From contig JAZRIF010000212.1 of NCBI GenBank assembly GCA_045645165.1, forward strand, positions 7,807-71,806: 64,000 nt of DNA, written 5' to 3'. Positions 34,768-42,772 of this stretch are shown piece after piece. Position 1 is the stretch's first letter. Each line of letters starts with the position of its first letter. The position numbers and the translations under genes were made by a program. The stretch is from Eubacteriales bacterium. Lineage in GTDB: Bacteria; Bacillota; Clostridia; Oscillospirales; CAG-272. The notes below the pieces were generated by a model. The model was not told where the DNA came from and did no database searches. It saw nothing but the letters and a program-made list of their open reading frames with translations.

Positions 34768-36405
34768 TTAGGAAAGATTTTCGGATGGCGACATTTCCTG
34801 ACCAACGGATTCCACAGGCAACTCAAACCAGAAGGTGGATCCGCTTCCCTCCTTGCTCTCTACACCATAGGTCGTGTGGTGCGCTTCCAGGATCTGCTTG
34901 ACAATGGAGAGTCCCAACCCCGTGCCGATCATGGCACGGCGATGCACTTTATCAATCTTGTAATATCGATCCCAGATCAGAGGAATCTGTTCGGGGGGAA
35001 TTCCTACACCGCTATCGATAACCGAAACACGAACGCGGTTCCCGTTCCCCGTCAAGGCCTGCGTCACCCGAACCAGCTTATCCTCGCCCGTATAGTTGAT
35101 AGCGTTGTTGATGAGGTTGTAGATGACCTGCAAGAGCATGGTACGGTCAGCCTGCACGTCCACTGCGACATCCGCCTCATACTCAATGCGGTATCCGTCC
35201 TTTTGAGTCAACTTCTCATAGCGAAACATGGTGGATTCGATCAGCTCGGTAAGGTTGATTGTTTCCGTATTCAAAACCCGTGTACCTGCCTGCAATTTGG
35301 ACAGATCCAGCAGGTCGTTGACCAATTGGGACAGTCGTTCGGTCTCGTCAATAATCACCTGAACATTTTCCGGCGTATTCTCACCGGGAAGATCCCGCAT
35401 GACCTCGCTATACCCCACGATCATGGTCAACGGTGTACGGAGATCGTGAGAAATATTGGCGATCAGTTCCTTCTGCAGTTTATCGTTTTGCGATAGCTGT
35501 TCGGACGCATTGGTTAACGATTCCGACAGTTCTGCCGCTTCGCGGTATCCGCTGACACGGAAATCCGCATCATAGCTTCCCTGCGCCAACCGTTTGGCTG
35601 CTCGGTTCATTTTCTTGATAGGCTCGGATATATTATGGGATATCAGGATCGCCAGAATGAGCGCTCCCCACAGGAGAATGAATGCGATCATCCAGAACTG
35701 AGTCTTCAGCGTTTCAACCGTCGCATTCAGGGGCTCCATCTCGGAATTCAGCATAAGAATATACGTCTCGCCCATGTTCCCGGTAAAAATACGGACGTGA
35801 AGCATATCCACGCTCTTTTCCAAAGACGAGGTCCACAGCATATCCCGAAAGGTTTCTTTATTTCCGGGAGGATAATCGTGCTCATCCCAGTTGTCCATAG
35901 CATCAGGATGGGTATAGAACAGAGCATCCGGGGACACGCGCTTGGTGTACAGACCGCCGTTATGCACAGCCTCATTATACAAATACGTCAGATAGCGATC
36001 CGAAATGCGGTGGATCAAACAATCATTGGAGACGTCCGCGCTGACGATCTGTTTGGCTTTCGGGCCATCCACTCGGAAAACACGGATGCACAAAAGATAG
36101 GCTCTTGCGCAATCGTTTACCGTTTTTTCCAGTTCGGAAGGATGATGCTGTACGGCATCGGTAATGGCCGTGTCCGTAAGCTCCATCTCCTTGTGCTTGC
36201 TCTGACTATAGAAATAATTGAGCAATCCGATCTGCATAACCCACACAACGGCCAGAATGAACAGAGTAAATAACGCAAGGTAGGCAAACAATTTCCAGGA
36301 AATGCTGATACGCCCCCCAATGCCGTTATGGCGTCGGGGGGAGTTATGTGGATTTCCTTGTTTTTCGCGGTTTCCCGTTGTTTTATCCGGTGTCATCCCG
36401 ATCAA
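34768..36405 (-). CDS. Sensor histidine kinase (2 TM, HAMP, HisKA, HATPase_c)
   Basis: H-box ISHDLRTPLT, N-box NLINNAINYT, G-boxes DSGVGI and GTGLGLSIV. The start may instead be the ATG at 36396; the track start is a TTG overlapping the RR stop. Confidence 0.9.
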   Translation of the reverse strand: MIGMTPDKTTGNREKQGNPHNSPRRHNGIGGRISISWKLFAYLALFTLFILAVVWVMQIGLLNYFYSQSKHKEMELTDTAITDAVQHHPSELEKTVNDCARAYLLCIRVFRVDGPKAKQIVSADVSNDCLIHRISDRYLTYLYNEAVHNGGLYTKRVSPDALFYTHPDAMDNWDEHDYPPGNKETFRDMLWTSSLEKSVDMLHVRIFTGNMGETYILMLNSEMEPLNATVETLKTQFWMIAFILLWGALILAILISHNISEPIKKMNRAAKRLAQGSYDADFRVSGYREAAELSESLTNASEQLSQNDKLQKELIANISHDLRTPLTMIVGYSEVMRDLPGENTPENVQVIIDETERLSQLVNDLLDLSKLQAGTRVLNTETINLTELIESTMFRYEKLTQKDGYRIEYEADVAVDVQADRTMLLQVIYNLINNAINYTGEDKLVRVTQALTGNGNRVRVSVIDSGVGIPPEQIPLIWDRYYKIDKVHRRAMIGTGLGLSIVKQILEAHHTTYGVESKEGSGSTFWFELPVESVGQEMSPSENLS

Positions 36406-37097
36406 TTCCCTTCAAAACGATAGCCTACTCCGCGCAGAGTAACGATGTATTTCGCATACGGACCGAGGCTTTTACGAAGCAGCTTGATATGCGTATCCAA
36501 GGTTCGGGCATCGCCAAAGAAATCATAGCCCCAAACCTCGCTGATGAGTTTTTCACGGGAAAGAGCGATGTTCCGATTAGCCAGCATATAGAAGAACAGA
36601 TCGTACTCCTTGGGAGACATGTCCACCCGTTCTCCGTCTACGTAAACAATACGGGCCGTTACATCGGCGCGCAAGCCGCCCCCATCCAACTCAATGACCT
36701 GGTTGGGAATCGTATTACCTATCGTATTGACAGGACGGTTCACACGTTTCATAACCGCGTCCACCCGCAGCATGAGTTCTTTGGGAGAGAACGGTTTCAC
36801 AACATAGTCGTCTATGCCGAGCTCAAAACCGTTGATCTTATCGTACTCCTCTCCTCGAGCCGAAAGCATGATAATGGGAGTCTGTGTGATCTTTCGGATC
36901 TCGCGGCAGGCGGAAAAACCGTCCAGCTCGGGCATCATGATATCCATGATGATCAAATCATAGGTATTCTTTCGGCAAAGCACGACGGCCTCCATGCCAT
37001 CTCCTGCTTCGGTGACGGTATGGCCTTCAAATTCTGCATACTTTCGGATGATGGCGCGGATGCGGCTTTCATCATCCACAACAAGAACATGATACAT
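36402..37097 (-). CDS. OmpR/PhoB-family response regulator
   Basis: MYHVLVVDDE...DLIIMDIMMPELDG receiver domain, with a winged-helix C-terminus (TLRGVGYRFEG). Start is the ATG at 37097. Confidence 0.95.
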   Translation of the reverse strand: MYHVLVVDDESRIRAIIRKYAEFEGHTVTEAGDGMEAVVLCRKNTYDLIIMDIMMPELDGFSACREIRKITQTPIIMLSARGEEYDKINGFELGIDDYVVKPFSPKELMLRVDAVMKRVNRPVNTIGNTIPNQVIELDGGGLRADVTARIVYVDGERVDMSPKEYDLFFYMLANRNIALSREKLISEVWGYDFFGDARTLDTHIKLLRKSLGPYAKYIVTLRGVGYRFEGN

Positions 37098-37132
37098 ATT
37101 TTCGCCTTTCTTCTGTGGTATTCGGACGTTCA

Positions 37133-38680
37133 CTATGCCTTTTGTATTGTCTCGGGAACATATTCGGTAATGGACACCGCCAAAACAATCATCTTTCGAT
37201 TGCGGATGACTGTCAGTTCAAGCGTATCTCCTACGCGTTTTTTTCGGATCACGGCGTTCAGTTCAGCAACACTTTCGATCTCCTCACCGTCCGCAGAGAT
37301 GATGCGATCGCCGTATGCAACGGTGGCGTGGTCACGGTCGTATACGTACACGCCTGTGCTGGTGGAATTGAAGTAGTATACCGCTGTTTGATAATTCGTG
37401 ACATCCACCACTTCAAAATCCAGTGCAGGACGGCCGCGAACGTATCCGTTATGGATCAGCTCCAGAATGATCTCATAGGCAGTATCCACGGGAACGGCAA
37501 ACCCCAAACCTTCGATCTCCTCGGAGGAGATTTTGGCGTTGACAACACCAACCAATTCACCTGCCAGATTGAAGAGACCGCCGCCCGAATTACCGGGATT
37601 GATGGGAGCAGATATCTGGAGCAGGATCATGTTATTCCCGCTGACCGTGATCTGCCGTGCCGTCGCGGAAATCATGCCTTCCGTTACAGTCCCGCCAAGA
37701 GATCCCAAGGGATTTCCGATCGCGAGGATATCTTCTCCTACTACCAAGTCGAAGCTGGAGCCCAACGTAGCCACGGTCAACACGTAAGAACCAGGATCAA
37801 TGCGCAACACGGCAATATCGGTCTGTTCATCCGTTCCCACCAAGGTTGCGGGGAATTCGGTACCATCGTTGAGGCGAACCGTAATGGTATTGGCCCCCTC
37901 GATAACGTGATTATTGGTGACTACGTACCCCTCACCGGAAATAATCACGCCGCTACCGGCGCCGCTGGAGACATACTGTCCCAAAATGCCGGATTGTACG
38001 ACTGTTTCAGTTGTGATCTCCACAACAGAGGCCGCGACACGGTTGACGGCGGTTGCAACCGAAAGAACGTCTTTTCCGGCCGAGGTCAATACCTGGCCGT
38101 TTTCATCAAAGGCAATGTCTGCCTTGCCGTCTCCGTTGGCATCCTCGCGCTCAGGCGGGAGTTTCACGATGGAATCCACCGCAGGCACGGTTTCAGCGCC
38201 CATATTGAAATTATCGTTCACGTCCCCCATACTTCCACCGGGGACACTGGGAGTCAAGGAGCCGTTTCCGTTCTCTTCCGTTTCATCCGAAATGATCAGG
38301 CCGCCCGACGTTTCTATGTTCGGTGCAGTATCGCTGTTCTCGGCAGGAACACCATCTCCGTCGTTCGGATTCAAGATGCGAACTGCCATCCAGGCACCGA
38401 CCAAACATCCTCCTGCGATCACGAAGGCTACAAGAACCGTCAACACGGCAATGAACGCTCCGCGATAACTACGACCGGTAGCCTCGCTCGTTCCTGTAGT
38501 GGGATTATAAATAAAGCCGTGACTTCCGTCCGGATTGGTATAGCCTTGCCCATCCGGCTCTCGGTTTGGCTGAGCGGTGTAGTGACTTTCCGCCGTACGA
38601 TGCGTATCCTGACGGGCTTCAGAACTCTGATCAGAACTCTGATTGGACGTGTTTTCTTTCATAGGATCGTATTCATTCAT
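37133..38680 (-). CDS. htrA: HtrA/DegP-type S1C serine protease with PDZ domain, membrane-anchored
   Basis: VVTNNHVI (His), DIAVLRI (Asp), NPGNSGGGLFN (Ser), C-terminal PDZ, one TM. Start is the ATG at 38680 (RBS aaagggg). It is followed by RR and HK on the same strand, resembling the CssRS-htrA arrangement. Confidence 0.9.
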   Translation of the reverse strand: MNEYDPMKENTSNQSSDQSSEARQDTHRTAESHYTAQPNREPDGQGYTNPDGSHGFIYNPTTGTSEATGRSYRGAFIAVLTVLVAFVIAGGCLVGAWMAVRILNPNDGDGVPAENSDTAPNIETSGGLIISDETEENGNGSLTPSVPGGSMGDVNDNFNMGAETVPAVDSIVKLPPEREDANGDGKADIAFDENGQVLTSAGKDVLSVATAVNRVAASVVEITTETVVQSGILGQYVSSGAGSGVIISGEGYVVTNNHVIEGANTITVRLNDGTEFPATLVGTDEQTDIAVLRIDPGSYVLTVATLGSSFDLVVGEDILAIGNPLGSLGGTVTEGMISATARQITVSGNNMILLQISAPINPGNSGGGLFNLAGELVGVVNAKISSEEIEGLGFAVPVDTAYEIILELIHNGYVRGRPALDFEVVDVTNYQTAVYYFNSTSTGVYVYDRDHATVAYGDRIISADGEEIESVAELNAVIRKKRVGDTLELTVIRNRKMIVLAVSITEYVPETIQKA

Positions 38681-38748
38681 GAAAGATAACCCCCTTTTCA
38701 TTTCGATCTCAATCTCACAGCTCCTAAGATGCTGCTCTTATGCGTCTC

Positions 38749-38813
38749 ATTATACCCCTCGAATGTGAAGATTTTTTGAAATTTGCGAAAGTTTGACTTG
38801 AAAAAACTTGAAA
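38749..38813 (-). promoter_or_regulatory. Candidate activator-dependent promoter of htrA: TATAAT -10 without a -35, plus three phased TTGAAA repeats
   Basis: -10 TATAAT on the minus strand at 38749-38754. TTGAAA (plus-strand reading) at 38776, 38798 and 38808, spaced 22 and 10 nt apart. There is no TTGACA-like -35 at 17 nt. Confidence 0.35.
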
Positions 38814-38934
38814 GATTCTATTTTTCTGTGATAACACTCCCGTTTCCACGTATTCCCACACAAAAAAGAACCCCGCCTCACTCAAACTAACGAATAAAGC
38901 GCGCATACGCTCAACACGCGAAAGGAATTCGATT

Positions 38935-39165
38935 ATGATACAAAAATTCATTCAAACGGACCTGCTAATGCCGGAGGCCTATCCCGATCCGATTCAAGAA
39001 GCCAAGAGAGCGGCCATATCTGCTCGGCTTGCCGATAATGCGTTAGCCGGAGATATGCCCGCCTCCCGATTATTTTCTAATTTGCCTGCCGCCATTGAAC
39101 GGGACGTATGGCAGGAAGTCCTTCGGGAACGCAAAGAAATGTCCGGCCATTCACAGCAAGAATAA
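38935..39165 (+). CDS. Small hypothetical protein (76 aa)
   Basis: ATG preceded by gaaagga. The sequence is protein-like, but GC3 is lower than in neighbours. It abuts the convergent vanY-like stop. Weak call. Confidence 0.35.
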   Translation: MIQKFIQTDLLMPEAYPDPIQEAKRAAISARLADNALAGDMPASRLFSNLPAAIERDVWQEVLRERKEMSGHSQQE

Positions 39166-39888
39166 TCAATCCAGATACTCTTCCAGAGTCATTCCCTTCT
39201 CATGCATCGCAGTCGCGGCCTTTACACCGACAAACCGATAGTGCCAGGGCTCGTAGGAGTATCCGGTTACGTCTGTTTTTCCCTTTGGATAGCGAAGAAC
39301 AAACCCAAAGCAGTGAGCATTTTCCACAAGCCAAGTATAGGCAGGGTTCTGCGCAAAGCTTTCGTTCAACTCCGCGTTATGGAGACTGATAAGATCCACG
39401 CACAGTCCCGTCTGATGCTCGCTCTCACCGGGACGTGCCGAGTAACTCAACACCTCGGCTTCGCATTGCGCCTGTGTCCAATCGGGATGGGCGGCCATTT
39501 CGTTTCCGAGGTAGGTATTGAACAGGATCTGCTGGTACTCGTAGGAGCGATAGCCGCTGGTGATCACGATATCCTCATAGCCGAGCGCATGAAGCTCACG
39601 TACAAGGGCTTCCGCAGCCAGTGCCACCGTGGATTCCAGCTGTATTTCTTTTCCGTACAGGGTCAGGTCGGTTCGGATATAATCCAAAGAGTCGGGCGCA
39701 TAGCTACTATCCAATGGGTTTTGCTTATTCGCCAATTTGAGGTAAGCTTTATCCGATACCATAATGGCAGCCTCGTATTCATTCATGTCGATTTGGTAAT
39801 CGTAGTTGGGGAGACCGTGGCCACACGAGGAAAGCAACGCAGTAAGTGCAACGGCGGCAACGGTAATTCTGACGGGTCTTCTAAACAT
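39166..39888 (-). CDS. M15B (VanY-type) D-alanyl-D-alanine carboxypeptidase lipoprotein
   Basis: Lipobox LLSSCGHG. SGYRSYEYQ, SEHQTGLCVDL and EPWHYRFVG form the VanY zinc-site pattern. Start is the ATG at 39888 (RBS aaggag). Confidence 0.85.
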   Translation of the reverse strand: MFRRPVRITVAAVALTALLSSCGHGLPNYDYQIDMNEYEAAIMVSDKAYLKLANKQNPLDSSYAPDSLDYIRTDLTLYGKEIQLESTVALAAEALVRELHALGYEDIVITSGYRSYEYQQILFNTYLGNEMAAHPDWTQAQCEAEVLSYSARPGESEHQTGLCVDLISLHNAELNESFAQNPAYTWLVENAHCFGFVLRYPKGKTDVTGYSYEPWHYRFVGVKAATAMHEKGMTLEEYLD

Positions 39889-39908
39889 GGCAAACTCCTT
39901 CAAAATAG

Positions 39909-40463
39909 TTACGGTTTGGTTTCCACCACAATAAAGAAGGGAGATGTGGGAGAATTCACGATCTTAACAAGGGTGGCGCAAACACGGTGGCGGGAAATCC
40001 CTGCAAGATAATCCAAAATCATCTGCCCCTCGGCGTCCCCCTCTTTATGACCGGGATAAACTGCGATGTTCAGGATGGCGTCTCTGTCCATGAGGGTGAT
40101 AGCATCGCGGATGGCGGGGAGGGTGGTTTCCCGCAGGGTAGTGATGGACTTATCTCCGCCGGGAAGCCAACCGAGATTGAACATCCCCGCCTTGAAGGGC
40201 ACGTCCACATATTTCTTTACGTTGGAATGGGAATCCAAGATCAGCTGATAGTTGTCGGGACAGCCTGCGCGCACCAGATGCTCCTGTGTGGAGGCCAAAG
40301 CCTGCTCTTGGATATCGAAGGCGTACACGAAGCCTTCGGGGCCTACGGTCTTGGAGAGAAATTCGGTATCGTGACCGTTACCCATGGTGAAATCCACCGC
40401 CACGTCACCGGGACGGAGGTGCTTGAGGATAAAGTATTTGTGAAGTTCGAGTAGGTCGATCAT
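39909..40463 (-). CDS. mnmM: YtqB/MnmM-family class I SAM-dependent (tRNA mnm5s2U) methyltransferase
   Basis: DFTMGNGHDTEFLSKTVGPEGFVYAFDIQ, FNLGWLPGGDKSITT, VYPGHKEG and PFFIVVE are collinear with B. subtilis YtqB as I remember it. Confidence 0.8.
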   Translation of the reverse strand: MIDLLELHKYFILKHLRPGDVAVDFTMGNGHDTEFLSKTVGPEGFVYAFDIQEQALASTQEHLVRAGCPDNYQLILDSHSNVKKYVDVPFKAGMFNLGWLPGGDKSITTLRETTLPAIRDAITLMDRDAILNIAVYPGHKEGDAEGQMILDYLAGISRHRVCATLVKIVNSPTSPFFIVVETKP

Positions 40464-40481
40464 AAAAACTCCTTGTTTTTT

Positions 40482-41345
40482 TCAGAGATTAAGCAGGATC
40501 ACCGACGCCACGCCCACACCGAAGCCTACCCACTGCACCGCGGTGAATTTCTCTCGGCGTACCAAGAGCGCATAGGGGACGATGAGGATGATCTCTCCCG
40601 CCGAAAGGACGGGAAACATAACCGAGGCGGGGATGAATTGATTGAGGTAGATGGCGAGGTAATTGACCGCGCCGTTGAAGAGTCCGCAGAAAAGAGACAG
40701 GGGCGCACCCACACGAAGGGTGGCCTTGAGGTCTGTTTCTTTCGTGAGAAAGGAAGCGGTGATGAGTACCGCCGAGGAAAGCCCCAGAGCCACGATCATG
40801 TAGAGGTTCTGGTTGACGTCAGCGCCCAGAAAGTGGGGGGTGAGCTTTTGCACGGTGGAACACATACCGTTGCCGATGAAGCCCAGAAGAACGAAGATCA
40901 CCCACTTTGCGGTGATCTTTTCCTTGGGAGCGTCGGGAGCGGTCTTTCGGTAGTTGGTCAGCCACAGGGACAGCACCAAAAGCACCATACCCACCAGCAT
41001 AGGAACACCGATGGGCTCCCGCAGAACGATGAGACCCGCAAAAGCAGGCACCAGCAAAGAGTAGGAGGTGATGAGCGTGGTTTTCGCCAAGGATCCGCAT
41101 TTGATCGCCAGTACCACGAACACCGTGGCGGCAGCGTAGGACAAGCCGAAGGCGATAGCGGGAATGATCAATTCATTCGACCATACCCAATTGCGGTTGA
41201 CCGCCATGAAAAAGCACATGGCAAAAAAGGAGATCATCCCGCTGAAGAAGAACACACCGGAGTCTCTCTTGGCGTTGTAGCGGTCTTGGCAGACCTTCTG
41301 GAAGATGATGAACAGGGCGGTCAGAAACAGGAGAAAATAATTCAT
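40482..41345 (-). CDS. DMT-superfamily-like membrane transporter
   Basis: 287 aa with about 9-10 TM segments and a two-halves architecture. Confidence 0.7.
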   Translation of the reverse strand: MNYFLLFLTALFIIFQKVCQDRYNAKRDSGVFFFSGMISFFAMCFFMAVNRNWVWSNELIIPAIAFGLSYAAATVFVVLAIKCGSLAKTTLITSYSLLVPAFAGLIVLREPIGVPMLVGMVLLVLSLWLTNYRKTAPDAPKEKITAKWVIFVLLGFIGNGMCSTVQKLTPHFLGADVNQNLYMIVALGLSSAVLITASFLTKETDLKATLRVGAPLSLFCGLFNGAVNYLAIYLNQFIPASVMFPVLSAGEIILIVPYALLVRREKFTAVQWVGFGVGVASVILLNL

Positions 41346-41363
41346 GTGACGCTTCCCTGCTCC

Positions 41364-42065
41364 TTACTTATTATGGATATCCGAACGGATAAACTTAATG
41401 GCACGCTCCACGGCGTCTTTGGAGTTGTACCAGGGCTCCTGGTCGTAGCGGTAATCGAATTTCTTGCAGAACCAGCTGACGTCGTCGGTAAGAGTGGTCA
41501 TGTAATCGTTCACGACCTTGCCCACTTCCCCCGAAAATTGCGCCAGCTTTTTCTTATTCAGACGCTTCTGGCCGTATTCCAGAAGCTTTTTGTAGTGAGG
41601 AATGCAGAAATAGGGCTGAGCGCGGAGCTTGGGGCCGAAATCCTCGTCGGCATCCCACAGGAAGACCACACACTCGGCCATATGCTCAAAGTGATACTGA
41701 ATGCGCTTGCATACGTAGCAGGACTGCTCCAGCTCGCCGATGCGCTTGATGGGCTTGCTTCCGGGGGCGCCGAAGAGACCGCCGTCCTTGATGTCGTTTT
41801 GCAATTCCTTGAGGTGGCTCTCCAGGGTCAGCGCCATGCCCAAACGGTTCTTACGCACGAACATGAGGTCGTAGTGCAGACGGCAAAATCCCTGCTCGTT
41901 GGTCTTGATGCGAACGTCAGGCTCCATCATGGAGGCGCCGAGGATCAGATCCAATTCGTTTTCTTCGAGTTTGCGGTAGATGGCGCACATGGGACAGCCA
42001 CAGGATGGATCATCACGGGAGGCCTCAAAGGCCTCATTTACGGGTATGGTATAGATCTGTTCCAT
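41364..42065 (-). CDS. Cys-rich hypothetical protein (DUF6062-like, tentative)
   Basis: Start at the ATG at 42065 (RBS ggagg). MEQIYTIPVNEAF...CGCPMC...CYVC: two Cys pairs suggest a zinc site. Confidence 0.6.
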   Translation of the reverse strand: MEQIYTIPVNEAFEASRDDPSCGCPMCAIYRKLEENELDLILGASMMEPDVRIKTNEQGFCRLHYDLMFVRKNRLGMALTLESHLKELQNDIKDGGLFGAPGSKPIKRIGELEQSCYVCKRIQYHFEHMAECVVFLWDADEDFGPKLRAQPYFCIPHYKKLLEYGQKRLNKKKLAQFSGEVGKVVNDYMTTLTDDVSWFCKKFDYRYDQEPWYNSKDAVERAIKFIRSDIHNK

Positions 42066-42100
42066 GGGAACCTCCGATTTTTTCAATTTCCTCTTGATTT

Positions 42101-42129
42101 TTGGCAAAAAATCATGTATACTATATAAT
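42101..42129 (+). promoter_or_regulatory. Sigma-A promoter for the 42219 gene and the lipoprotein gene
   Basis: TTGGCA, a 17-nt spacer, then TATAAT. Confidence 0.55.
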
Positions 42130-42218
42130 ACCATAGATTGGCGTAGATTGCAAGAGGTTGTGAAGAAATTTTATCAGCCTGCATCTTCATGAATATTTAT
42201 CCCAAAGGAGGCCGTTAT

Positions 42219-42737
42219 ATGACCCAGTATACCTTGGATGAATACGCCGCTTTCCTGACAAAAACCTTTGCTCCCCGTTTCCCGCGTGACAACCGTCCTC
42301 GTGCTGTCACGGACACCACCGAAAAAGGAGAGGATGTGCTGGAGTTCATCCTGCCCCACCCCGCCGACGGGCGGTTCTCGGCATCCCTGACGGTCAGCAC
42401 CGCCCGCGGATACGTGACCACCTGTGCCTTGCGGTTCGGGCAGGCTGAGGTCGCCTCCGCCCTGTCCCCCGAGGATGCCCCGGCCGCCATCAAGGAGATC
42501 ATTGATGACCGCATCATAGCCATCGTACGCTACAAGAATCAAGAAGCCTACGACAACAGCCGCAAGGCGCCCAGCCCCTCGGAATGGCTCTACCAGATCC
42601 CCGACGACGAGGCCGAACTGAACCGTATGCTGGAAAGACTCCAAAGACCCGCAGGCTTCATGGAAAAGCTTGGCGGCACGTACATAGGCGTTTTCGAGCT
42701 CTACCGCTGGAGCGGCAGCCAAACCATAGCGCGATAA
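42219..42737 (+). CDS. Hypothetical cytoplasmic protein (172 aa)
   Basis: Start at the ATG at 42219 (RBS aaaggagg, 7-nt spacing). No recognisable motif. The opposite-strand ORF 42174..42746 looks like its shadow. Confidence 0.6.
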   Translation: MTQYTLDEYAAFLTKTFAPRFPRDNRPRAVTDTTEKGEDVLEFILPHPADGRFSASLTVSTARGYVTTCALRFGQAEVASALSPEDAPAAIKEIIDDRIIAIVRYKNQEAYDNSRKAPSPSEWLYQIPDDEAELNRMLERLQRPAGFMEKLGGTYIGVFELYRWSGSQTIAR

Positions 42738-42772
42738 AACCACCAACGAAACACACGGAAAGGAAATATGTT

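Noticed and set aside
38724-38951. 75-aa - strand ORF in the htrA upstream region
   Set aside because: It is an AT-rich intergenic sequence containing the promoter and repeat signals. It has no RBS and an implausible composition.
42584-42772. 5' extensions of track ORFs. Examples: 42584..42772, 17511..17657, 32880..33014, 10027..10083, 22117..22173, 18270..18320
   Set aside because: The extensions run through promoters, terminators or upstream genes and lack an RBS. In each case an internal ATG with a good Shine-Dalgarno and a sensible N-terminus (signal peptide or conserved start) was preferred.
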